This document shows positions 36,379-44,724 of a DNA stretch of 64,000 nt, in pieces (the first letter of the stretch is position 1; each line of letters opens with the position of its first letter). The stretch spans positions 44,596 through 108,595 of the forward strand of contig DASXYP010000049.1 in NCBI GenBank assembly GCA_036502405.1, read 5' to 3'. The position numbers and the translations under genes are program-made. The stretch comes from Acidimicrobiia bacterium (GTDB lineage Bacteria > Actinomycetota > Acidimicrobiia > IMCC26256 > JAENVU01). The notes beneath the pieces were generated by a model. That model saw only the letters and a list, made by a program, of their open reading frames with translations, did no database searches and was not told the origin of the DNA.

Positions 36379-39300
36379 ATGGCATCAGAGATCGGCTCGT
36401 GGCCGGTGCTGCGGCAGCTCCGCGGTGGAGACCGCTCCGGCCGTGGTGCTGCGGTCAGGAGCCGCGCCACCGAGGAGATCCGACCGCGGGTGGCGGCCGC
36501 CACCGAGGTCGTGAAGTCCGTGTGCCCGTACTGCGCGGTCGGATGCGGACAGGACGTCTACGTCCGCGACGGGAAGGTCACGCAGATCGAAGGGGATCCT
36601 GACTCCCCCATCAGCCGCGGGCGGCTCTGCCCGAAGGGCTCCGCGTCGATGCAGCTGACGACCGGCCCGGCTCGCGAGTACCGCGTCAAGCACCGCCGGC
36701 CGCACTCCATGGAATGGGAGGATCTCCCGCTCGAGACCGCGATGGACATGATCGCCGACCGGGTGATCGAGAGCCGCCGCAAGGGCTGGCAGTGGGAGCA
36801 CGAGGGCAACCGGGTGCGCCGCACGCTGGGCTTCGCGCATCTCGGTGGGGCGACGCTCGACAACGAGGAGAACTACCTCATCAAGAAGCTGTTCACCGCC
36901 CTCGGCGCGATCCAGATCGAGAACCAGGCCCGCATATGACACAGCTCCACCGTCCCCGGTCTGGGGACATCGTTCGGGAGAGGTGGTGCGACGACGTTCC
37001 AGCAGGACCTGCAGAACAGCGACTGCATCGTCATCGAGGGCTCGAACATGGCGGAGTGCCATCCGGTCGGGTTCCAGTGGGTGATGGAGGCCAAGGCCCG
37101 TGGCGCGACCCTGATCCACGTCGATCCCCGCTTCACCCGGACGAGCGCGCTCGCCGACGTCCACGTGCCGATCCGTCCCGGCACGGACATCGCATTCCTC
37201 GGCGGCATCGTGAACTACGTGCTCGAGCACGACGCCTACTTCCATGATTACGTCGTTGCGTACACGAACGGCCCGGTGATCCTGCACGAGGACTTCTCCG
37301 ACACCGAGGACCTTGACGGCGTGTTCTCGGGCTTCGACCCCGAGACCCGCTCGTACGACACGTCGACGTGGCAGTACGAAGGCTCGGACGTGCACCCGTC
37401 GGCGGGCGAGCGGGATCAGGGCGGCGGCCCGTCGAGCGGCGGCTCCAACGGGCTGAAGGCGGCCGCGCGCGGCGAGTCGTACGGATCGGGCGGCGCGTCC
37501 ATCGGGACGACCGAGCCGCGGCGCGACGAGACCATGCAGCACCCGCAGTGCGCGTTCCAGGTGCTGAAGCGCCACTTCGCCCGGTACACCCCGGAGATGG
37601 TGGAAGAGATCTGCGGCATCCCTCCGGATCTCTTCGCGACGGTCTGCGAGACCGTGGCCCGCAACTCCGGTCGCGACCGCACCACCGCGTTCGCGTACGC
37701 GGTCGGGTGGACCCAGCACACCGTCGGGGTGCAGTACATCCGGACCGCCGCGATCCTCCAGACCCTGCTCGGCAACATCGGGCGGCCCGGCGGCGGGATC
37801 CTCGCGCTCCGCGGCCACGCCTCGATCCAGGGATCCACCGACATCCCGACCCTCTTCAACATCCTCCCCGGGTACATCCCGATGCCCCACGCCCATCAGG
37901 ACGAGGACCTGGACACCTTCATCGAGGCCACCGCGGCGAAGAAGGGCTTCTGGGGCAACATGCGCGCCTACACCGTGAGCCTGCTCAAGGCGTACTTCGG
38001 CGACGCCGCCACGGCCGAGAACGACTTCTGCTTCGACCACCTGCCCCGCCTGACCGGCAGCCACAGCACCTACGAGACCGTCGTCAACCAGATCGACGGC
38101 ACGTGCACCGGATACTTCGTGATGGGGGAGAACCCGGCGGTCGGCTCGGCGAACGCACGGATGCAGCGGTTCGGGATGGCAAAGCTCGACTGGCTGGTCG
38201 TCCGGGACTTCTCGCTCATCGAGAGCGCGACCTGGTGGAAGGACGGTCCGGAGATCGCGTCCGACGAGATGCGCACCGAGGACATCGGGACCGAGGTGTT
38301 CTTCCTCCCGGCCGCCGCACACACGGAGAAGGACGGCAGCTTCACCAACACCCAGCGCCTCCTGCAGTGGCATCACGCCGCGGTGGAACCCCAAGGCGAC
38401 GCCCGCAGCGAGCTGTGGTTCATGTACCACCTCGGCCTGCGCATCCGCGAGCGGCTGGCCGCGTCCGACGATCCGATGGACCAACCGGTGCTCGACCTGA
38501 CGTGGGACTACCCGACGAAGGGCAGGATCGGTGAGCCGGATGCCGAAGCGGTGCTCGCCGAGATCAACGGCCACGACCACGACGGCAACCCGTTGTCGGC
38601 GTACACCGAGCTGGCCGACGACGGCTCCACGTCGTGCGGGTGCTGGATCTACTGCGGGTCCTACGCCGACGGCCACAACCAGCCGGCTCGACGCAAGCCG
38701 GGCACCGAGCAGAGCTGGGTCGCGCCGGAGTGGGGATGGGCGTGGCCGGCGAACCGCCGGCTGCTCTACAACCGCGCGTCGGCCGATCCCGAAGGCAAGC
38801 CCTGGAGCGACCGCAAGGCGTACGTCTGGTGGGACGCCGATCGCGCGCAGTGGACCGGCCACGACGTGCCCGACTTCAAGCCGGACATGACGCCCGACCA
38901 TGTGCCCCCACCCGACGCGACGGGACCGGACGCCCTCGGCGGGCGCGATCCGTTCATCATGCAGGCGGACGGCAAGGCGTGGCTCTTCGTTCCTGCCGGT
39001 CTCGTGGACGGGCCTCTGCCCACGCACTACGAACCTCAGGAGTCGCCCTTCCCGAACGCGCTCTACGGGTACGAGCACAACCCCACGCGGCAGATGGTCG
39101 GCCCGACCGGTGGGCTCAACCTCTTCCATCCCGGCAGCGACGACCCCGCCAACGCGACGTTCCCGTTCGTCGCGTCGACCTACCGCCTCACCGAGCATCA
39201 CACCGCCGGGGGGATGTCCCGCTGGCTGCCGTACCTCTCGGAGCTTCAACCGGAGATGTTCTGCGAGGTCTCACCCGAGCTCGCCGCCGAACGAGGGCTC

Positions 39301-39636
39301 GAGCACCTGGGGTGGGCGACGATCGTCACCGCGCGCAGCGCGATCGAGGCACGCGTGCTGGTGACCGACCGGCTGCCGAGCCTGAACGTCGGCGGCCGCC
39401 GGATCCACCAGGTCGGCCTCCCGTACCACTGGGGTCCGAACGGCTATTCGACGGGCGACGCCGCGAACGAGCTGGCCCACCTCTCACTGGACCCGAACGT
39501 GCACATCCAGGAGGTGAAGGCGTTCACCGTCGACGTACGCCCAGGGCGACGACCTCGGGGCGCCGAGCGCGTGGCCTTCGTCGAGGAGTACCGGCGGCGC
39601 GCGGGCATCACCGACGCGACCGGGCGGGAGACCTGA
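36379..39636 (+). CDS. fdnG: Formate dehydrogenase catalytic (molybdopterin) subunit, FdnG-like selenoprotein; TGA at 36937-36939 decoded as Sec
   Basis: ORFs 36328..36939 and 37048..39636 are in the same frame, with no other stop between them. The joined product reads ...ENQARI-U-HSSTVPGLGTSFGRGGATTFQQD...ECHPVGFQW, collinear with E. coli FdnG around its Sec (NQARVUHGPTV). The FeS motif is CPYCAVGCGQ, and the many downstream blocks include RDETMQHPQC, WIYCGSY and WGWAWPANRRLLYNRASAD. ATG 36379 is preceded by GAGGAGG. Confidence 0.9.
36940..36986 (+). promoter_or_regulatory. Bacterial SECIS element (Sec insertion hairpin) immediately 3' of the UGA
   Basis: Upper stem GTCCCC (36952-57) / GGGGAC (36963-68) with apical loop GGTCT (36958-62). 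The loop begins 21 nt after the U of UGA, the same spacing and GGUC loop as I recall for the E. coli fdhF SECIS. A possible lower stem is CCACC (36947-51) / GGTGG (36982-86). Confidence 0.75.
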
Positions 39637-39637
39637 G

Positions 39638-40489
39638 ATGGCGTGGAACCTCCGGCCCGACGGCGTGAGCGATCCCGCGAGCGCCGTCGGCTACGAATCG
39701 CCTCCCGGACGCGTCGGGTTCTTCACCGACACCAGCGTCTGCATCGGCTGCAAGGCGTGCGAGGTCGCGTGCAAGGAGTGGAACCACGTCCCCGAGGACG
39801 GGCTCAGGCTCACCGGCATGTCCTACGACAACACGGAGGGGCTCGGAGCTGACACCTGGCGCCACGTGGCGTTCATCGAGCAGCGCAAACCGCTCGGGGA
39901 TCAGGAGCCGGGTCAGCGCGACGAGCTCCGATGGCTGATGTCGAGCGACGTGTGCAAGCACTGCACCCACGCCGCGTGCCTGGACGTCTGCCCGACCGGG
40001 TCGCTGTTCCGCACCGAGTTCGGCACCGTGGTCGTGCAGGAGGACATCTGCAACGGGTGTGGGTACTGCATCAGCGCGTGTCCGTTCGGCGTCATCGACC
40101 AGCGCCAGGATGACGGCCGCGCGTGGAAGTGCACCCTCTGCTACGACCGGCTGACCGTCGGCATGGAACCGGCATGCGCGAAGGCGTGCCCGACCGAGTC
40201 GATCCAGTTCGGCCCGCTCGACGAGCTGCGGGAGCGCGCGGCACACCGGGTCGAGCAGCTGCACGACGCCGGCGTCGCCGACGCCCGGCTCTACGGCCAC
40301 GATCCGAACGACGGTGTGGGCGGCGACGGCGCGTTCTTCCTCCTGCTCGATGAGCCCGAGACCTACGGACTCCCACCCGACCCGGTCGTCACCACGCGAG
40401 ACCTCCCGGCGATGTGGCGCAAGGTCGGGCTCGCGGCCCTCTCGCTGGCGGGCGCAACGTTGGTCGCGTTCGCCGGGCGACGCCCATGA
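39638..40489 (+). CDS. fdnH: Formate dehydrogenase iron-sulfur (beta) subunit, FdnH-like, with C-terminal TM anchor
   Basis: 283 aa. Four ferredoxin-type Cys clusters (CIGCKACEVAC, CKHCTHAACLDVC, CNGCGYCISAC, CTLC...CAKAC). The C-terminal hydrophobic helix is WRKVGLAALSLAGATLVAFAG. Confidence 0.95.
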   Translation: MAWNLRPDGVSDPASAVGYESPPGRVGFFTDTSVCIGCKACEVACKEWNHVPEDGLRLTGMSYDNTEGLGADTWRHVAFIEQRKPLGDQEPGQRDELRWLMSSDVCKHCTHAACLDVCPTGSLFRTEFGTVVVQEDICNGCGYCISACPFGVIDQRQDDGRAWKCTLCYDRLTVGMEPACAKACPTESIQFGPLDELRERAAHRVEQLHDAGVADARLYGHDPNDGVGGDGAFFLLLDEPETYGLPPDPVVTTRDLPAMWRKVGLAALSLAGATLVAFAGRRP

Positions 40490-41505
40490 GCTCGGAGGTC
40501 ACGAAGGACGGGATGCAGGGCCGGCGCCCCGGGCGTGACGCGACCGTCGGCACCGATGCCGGACGCGGGCGGCGACGCAAGCGCGGCGGCGAGCAGCCGG
40601 TCGTCCCCGATGCCGAGTTCTCCTCCTACTACGGCCTGCCGGTGCTCAACGCGCCGGTCTGGCACAGCCGCGAGATCGCGGGCTACTTCTTCCTCGGCGG
40701 CTTGTCCGGTGCCTCGTCCCTCCTCGCGGCCGGCGCCCAGCTGACCGGTCGCCCCGCGCTCGCGAGCCGGGCCAAGATCGTGGCGAGCGCGGCCATCGCG
40801 CTCGGTGGCGTCGCGCTGGTCAAGGATTTGGGCCGACCGTCGCGCTTCGTCAACATGCTCCGGGTGCTGAAGCCGACGTCGCCGATGAGCGTCGGCTCCT
40901 GGCTGCTCGCGGCGTACGGACCGACGACCGCGGTCGCCGCGGCGGCGGCGTTGACCCATCGAGGTCGAAGGGCCGGCACGGCGGCGACCGCGGCGACCGC
41001 GGTGCTCGGTCCGCTCGTCGCGACCTACACCGCCGCGCTCGTCGGTGACACCGCGGTACCGGCCTGGCACGAAGGTCACCGGGAGCTGCCGTTCGTGTTC
41101 GCCGGCTCCAGCGCGACCGCTGCGGGCGGGATCGGGCTCGTGTGCGCACCGCTCGCACAGGCGGCACCGGCGCGGCGGCTCGCGCTGGTCGGTGCGGCGC
41201 TCGAGGCGTTCGCCGCGCGCACGATGCAGCGGCGTGCGGGACTCGTCGGCGAGCCCTACCGGCAAGGCCGCGCCGGCCGGCTGATGAAGCTCGGCCAGCT
41301 CCTGACTGCGATCGGCCTCGTCGCGGCGTTCGCGGGACGCCGCCGACGGGTCGCGACGATCGGGGCGGGGCTGGCGCTCACGGCCGCTTCCGCGGTGACC
41401 CGCTTCGGGATCTTCGAGGCCGGCCGCCAGTCGGTTGCGGACCCGCGCTACGTCGTCGAGCCGCAACGGTCGCGCTGCGCCGATGCAGCCGACCGCGCCG
41501 GTTGA
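40486..41505 (+). CDS. NrfD/PsrC-family polytopic membrane subunit (quinone-interacting anchor)
   Basis: Tail of ORF 40414..41505 with an ATGA overlap. After a basic N-terminal extension come 'YYGLPVLNAPVWHSREIAGYFFLGGLSGAS' and 'KDLGRPSRFVNMLRVLKPTSPMSVGSW', which are typical NrfD-family segments. About 8 TM helices. Confidence 0.85.
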   Translation: MSSEVTKDGMQGRRPGRDATVGTDAGRGRRRKRGGEQPVVPDAEFSSYYGLPVLNAPVWHSREIAGYFFLGGLSGASSLLAAGAQLTGRPALASRAKIVASAAIALGGVALVKDLGRPSRFVNMLRVLKPTSPMSVGSWLLAAYGPTTAVAAAAALTHRGRRAGTAATAATAVLGPLVATYTAALVGDTAVPAWHEGHRELPFVFAGSSATAAGGIGLVCAPLAQAAPARRLALVGAALEAFAARTMQRRAGLVGEPYRQGRAGRLMKLGQLLTAIGLVAAFAGRRRRVATIGAGLALTAASAVTRFGIFEAGRQSVADPRYVVEPQRSRCADAADRAG

Positions 41506-41522
41506 CGAGTTCGTCCGTTTGA

Positions 41523-41544
41523 GACGCCGCTGCACCGCGGCGTC
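41523..41544 (+). terminator. GC hairpin after the fdh operon
   Basis: GACGCCGC-tgcacc-GCGGCGTC (8-bp perfect stem), starting 18 nt after the stop at 41505. There is no U-tract. Confidence 0.45.
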
Positions 41545-41641
41545 GGCGAAGTCAACCCGTTCGGGGGGTGGCTCCACGTTGCGAAGACGCGGGCGTGCGC
41601 GCCAGGGTGAAAGGAGGTTCAGCAGCCAGCCGAAGTCCGAA

Positions 41642-41779
41642 CGTGTCCGCACCCGTCGGAGGTTCCGCTTGGCCTCGCTCCGCCCCGTCATCAGCGCCCC
41701 GGCGCCCAGGATGCGCGCGGTCCCACGGTTCGCCGACCGGCGACGAAAGAGCGCGACCTGGCCGTGTCCGCACCCGTCG
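41642..41779 (+). repeat. 17-nt exact direct repeat CGTGTCCGCACCCGTCG, two copies 121 nt apart
   Basis: Copies lie at 41642-41658 and 41763-41779, followed by similar tails (gaGGTTC / acGTTC). The two copies are in different reading phases relative to the open frame, so this is a nucleotide-level repeat. Confidence 0.8.
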
Positions 41780-42085
41780 ACGTTCTCGATCCTCGTGGTG
41801 TTCGAGCTGCACGACATCGTGCTCCAGCTGAGCGGCGAGCTCGACATCGCCAGCACCGTGCATCTCGACAAATGCGTGCAGGTCGCCCTCGACGAACACC
41901 CTCGCCGGCTGATCGTCGACGCATCGGGGCTCGAGTTCGCGGACGTCGTCGGGCTGGGATGCCTCCTGCGCACGTGCCGGAAGGCCGAGCGCGTCAACGC
42001 CGAGGTGGTGCTGGCGTCCCCGAACGCATTGCTGCGACGGTTGATCGACGCGGCAGGCGTCGCGAACCGCTTCCGGATCCGCTGA
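41711..42085 (+). CDS. STAS-domain protein (anti-sigma-factor antagonist family)
   Basis: Tail of ORF 41435..42085. 'FSILVVFELHDIVLQLSGELDIASTVHLDKCV...RLIVDASGLEFADVVGLGCLL...VVLASPNALLRRLIDAAGV' fits the SpoIIAA/RsbV-like fold. Start is uncertain (ATG 41711 chosen; GTG 41795 possible). Confidence 0.7.
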   Translation: MRAVPRFADRRRKSATWPCPHPSTFSILVVFELHDIVLQLSGELDIASTVHLDKCVQVALDEHPRRLIVDASGLEFADVVGLGCLLRTCRKAERVNAEVVLASPNALLRRLIDAAGVANRFRIR

Positions 42086-42134
42086 TCGACCCACCGCGTG
42101 TTTCTCCCGCGAGCCTTTGGGCATGGTTGTCAGC

Positions 42135-42209
42135 ATGTATATCGGAGTTGGAACCCTGGTCGTCATCCTCATCATCGTCGCCATCATCTACTTCGCTCGG
42201 CGTGCGTAG
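42135..42209 (+). CDS. Candidate 24-aa hydrophobic micro-protein (28 aa if started at ATG 42123)
   Basis: Read directly from the sequence; it is below the ORF-track size cutoff. ATG TAT ATC GGA GTT GGA ACC CTG GTC GTC ATC CTC ATC ATC GTC GCC ATC ATC TAC TTC GCT CGG CGT GCG TAG = MYIGVGTLVVILIIVAIIYFARRA. It has one TM helix and a basic C-terminus. No clear Shine-Dalgarno sequence. Confidence 0.3.
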   Translation: MYIGVGTLVVILIIVAIIYFARRA

Positions 42210-42304
42210 CGGTTCCGACGCCGCCGGTGCGGCGCGGACACATCGACCGGTCGTTCCGTCGAGCAACCTTCGCCGGATGGCCGATGCGCGACTCTGAAGC
42301 ACCG

Positions 42305-43429
42305 ATGACCCTCGGCGCGGAAGAGGAGTTCTTCGTCGTCGACGTCGAGAGCAGAGAGCTGGCCGGTTCGAACCCGCTCATGGAGGTCGCCGGGCAGAGG
42401 TTCGGCAGCTCGGTGACCCCCGAGCTCAACCTGTGTCAGATCGAGATCGCCTCGAAGGTCTGCTCCGGGCTCGACGAGCTCGGAGCGGATCTTCGCCGGT
42501 TGCGGCAAGGCCTCGCCGAGGCCGGCGCGCCACTCGGCCTCGGGATCGCTGCGGCCGGCACCCACCCGTTCTCGCCGTGGGGCGATCAGGAGGTCAACCG
42601 CCAGCACGACCGCTACGCCCAGATGGAACACCGGTTCCAGATCGTCGCCCGCCAACAGGTGATCTGCGGGTGCCACATCCACATCGGCTTCGACGATCCC
42701 GAGCTGGCGGTGGCAACGATGAACCGTGCGCGGCCATGGCTTCCCATCCTGCTCGCGCTCTCCGCGAACTCACCGTTCTGGAGTGGTCACGACACCGGCT
42801 TCCAGAGCTACCGCACGGAGGTATGGCAACGCTGGCCGACGGCCGGGTTCGGTCCGGTGCTCGAGTCCCGGGCCCACTTCGACGAGATCATCGCCGAGCT
42901 CCAGGCCATCGAAGCGATCGAGGACGGCACGCATCTCTACTGGTACATGCGACCGTCATCGCGGTACCCAACCGTCGAGTTCCGGATCTGCGATGTTCCT
43001 CTGCTCGAGGAGGACACCGTGACACTCGCCGGGCTCGTACGGGCGCTCGCCTGGTCGTGTCGCCGGGACGCGCTCTGCGACCGACCGCTGCCACGGCGAG
43101 ACACGCAGACCCTCGAGGCCGCGATGTGGCAGGCCGCGCGCCATGGCGTGCGCGGCAAGCTGGTCGACCCGGCCCGACCTCGGCTCGCGCCGGCGATCGA
43201 GCTCGTCGAACAGCTGCTGGACTTCGTCGCCGATGGGCTCGAGGCGCACGGCGACCAGTCCACGGTCAGGCGCGCGGTCGCGGCCATCCTCGAACGAGGG
43301 ACCGGTGCCGATCTCCAGCTGGCGGTGTTCGCCGGCGCCGGGACCATGGAAGCCGTCGTCGACGCGATCGTGGCCCGGACTGCGAACGCCGCCCCCACCG
43401 AGCCAAGGGTCGGAGCACATGCCCGGTGA
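42305..43429 (+). CDS. Carboxylate-amine ligase, glutamate-cysteine ligase family 2 (GCS2/YbdK-like)
   Basis: Tail of ORF 42098..43429. 'TLGAEEEFFVVD', 'PELNLCQIEI', 'AAGTHPF', 'CGCHIHIG', 'ALSANSPFW.G.DTGFQSYR' and 'YWYMRPSSRYPTVEFRICD' are hallmark GCS2 blocks. Start is ATG 42305 or 42284. Confidence 0.9.
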   Translation: MTLGAEEEFFVVDVESRELAGSNPLMEVAGQRFGSSVTPELNLCQIEIASKVCSGLDELGADLRRLRQGLAEAGAPLGLGIAAAGTHPFSPWGDQEVNRQHDRYAQMEHRFQIVARQQVICGCHIHIGFDDPELAVATMNRARPWLPILLALSANSPFWSGHDTGFQSYRTEVWQRWPTAGFGPVLESRAHFDEIIAELQAIEAIEDGTHLYWYMRPSSRYPTVEFRICDVPLLEEDTVTLAGLVRALAWSCRRDALCDRPLPRRDTQTLEAAMWQAARHGVRGKLVDPARPRLAPAIELVEQLLDFVADGLEAHGDQSTVRRAVAAILERGTGADLQLAVFAGAGTMEAVVDAIVARTANAAPTEPRVGAHAR

Positions 43430-43576
43430 CGAAGCCTCGGATCCCGAGCAGGCACCCGCGGCAGTCCACGCACGCACGCTCGAACCGATCCTCCAACGAA
43501 CGAGCGAGCGCGGTTGCTCGGGTCATCCCCGGGGCATCGGTGCCCGAACGTCGGATCACTGAGGAGCACTGCGCCC

Positions 43577-44191
43577 ATGCCGGAACCGCTCACCTACTTC
43601 GGCCTGAACTGCACGCTCAAGCGCTCACCGAGCGAGTCGAGCACGGAGGTGCTCCTGTCGGAGATCACCCGGCGCCTCGACGAGCGTGGAGCGCAGGGCA
43701 GCTCCGAGCGAGTCGTCGACCACGATGTCCGGTTCGGCATCTCGTCCGATGAAGGTGGGGGCGACGGCTGGCCCGCGCTTCGCCGCAAGATCCTCGACGC
43801 CGATGTGTTCGTGCTCGCGACGCCGATCTGGATGGGCCATCCCTCGAGCGTGGCGCAGATGGTCCTCGAGCGCGTCGACGCGTTCCTCAGCGAGGAAGAC
43901 GATCTCGGCCGCCCCATCGCCTATGACCGCGTCGCGACCGTCGGCGTCGTGGGCAACGAGGATGGTGCACACCACGTGGGCGCCGAGCTGTTCCAAGGCC
44001 TCGACGACGTCGGGTTCACGATCCCGGCCGGCGGGATGACGTACTGGGTCGGCGAGGCCATGCATCAGACCGACTTCAAGGACCTCTCACCGTTGCCCGA
44101 GAAGACGCTGGAGACCGCTGACCAGATGGTGGACAACGCGCTGCATCTCGCCTCACTGCTCCGCGCCGACCCGTACCCGAAGCGGTCGTGA
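43577..44191 (+). CDS. Flavodoxin-like fold NAD(P)H-dependent FMN reductase family protein
   Basis: Tail of ORF 43514..44191 from ATG 43577 (GAGGAG 10 nt upstream). 'LNCTLKRSPSESST' is the phosphate-binding loop region, with 'ADVFVLATPIWMGHPSS' and 'VGNEDGAHH' also present. Confidence 0.85.
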   Translation: MPEPLTYFGLNCTLKRSPSESSTEVLLSEITRRLDERGAQGSSERVVDHDVRFGISSDEGGGDGWPALRRKILDADVFVLATPIWMGHPSSVAQMVLERVDAFLSEEDDLGRPIAYDRVATVGVVGNEDGAHHVGAELFQGLDDVGFTIPAGGMTYWVGEAMHQTDFKDLSPLPEKTLETADQMVDNALHLASLLRADPYPKRS

Positions 44192-44273
44192 GCCAGACCC
44201 TCGCCACCGCGTGTGATCGGCACTGAGCACTCCCCTTCCCCCGCACGCCAAACCGTGGGCCGATGACCACGAG

Positions 44274-44588
44274 TTGAGCCGCTTCCAGCGCGAAGTCGTC
44301 CTGGCCGTGCGCGCCCTGGGCCCCGGTGACCTGGCGACATACGCGGACATCGCGGAAGAGATCGGGCACCCCGGCGCCGGGCAGGCGGTCGCGAACGTGC
44401 TGCGGAGCGCGACCGAAGTGCCGTGGTGGAGGGTCGTCCCCGCCGACGGGCGCCTCTATCGCAGCCATGCGCGGGTCCAGGGCCCGCTGCTGGAGGCAGA
44501 AGGCCACTTCATCGACGAGCATCGCCGCGTGCAGGCGAGCGCCGATCCTCCTCGGTTCGGTCCCACGATCAGTGATGAACGCGCGTGA
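44274..44588 (+). CDS. MGMT-family DNA-binding protein lacking the acceptor cysteine (alkyltransferase-like, ATL-type)
   Basis: 104 aa with a TTG start. 'GDLATYADIAEEIGHPGAGQAVANVL' is the HTH region. 'VPWWRVV' occupies the position of the PCHRVV active site of O6-alkylguanine transferases. Confidence 0.8.
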   Translation: MSRFQREVVLAVRALGPGDLATYADIAEEIGHPGAGQAVANVLRSATEVPWWRVVPADGRLYRSHARVQGPLLEAEGHFIDEHRRVQASADPPRFGPTISDERA

Positions 44589-44724
44589 GATCTCCGGATT
44601 GCACCCGTGACGACGTCATGAGGCTCCACAAACCGGCCACACGGCGGTGACGCCGGCGGGCGGCCACACCCGCACGACCCACGATCCGAGATTGCCGAGC
44701 GGAGCCGTCGGGTAGGGCTCGGCG

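Noticed and set aside
36385-39249. Very long antisense ORFs opposite real genes. Examples: 36385..39249 (-) 954 aa, 3865..6021 (-) 718 aa, 25755..27872 (-) 705 aa, 1639..3201 (-) 520 aa, 9553..11226 (-), 17534..19531 (-).
   Set aside because: Their products are Arg/Pro/Gly/Asp-rich with low complexity and no recognisable motifs, while the opposite strand encodes clearly recognisable proteins. These are typical stop-poor shadow frames of a 70% GC genome.
41435-41710. The upstream part of the STAS ORF (open from 41435, overlapping the nrfD-like 3' end) and the overlapping ORFs 41568..41831 and 41764..42297.
   Set aside because: The translations are Arg/Ser/Pro-rich and unlike STAS N-termini. 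A strong hairpin terminator (41523-41544) lies inside this stretch. Homology to STAS begins near 41780.
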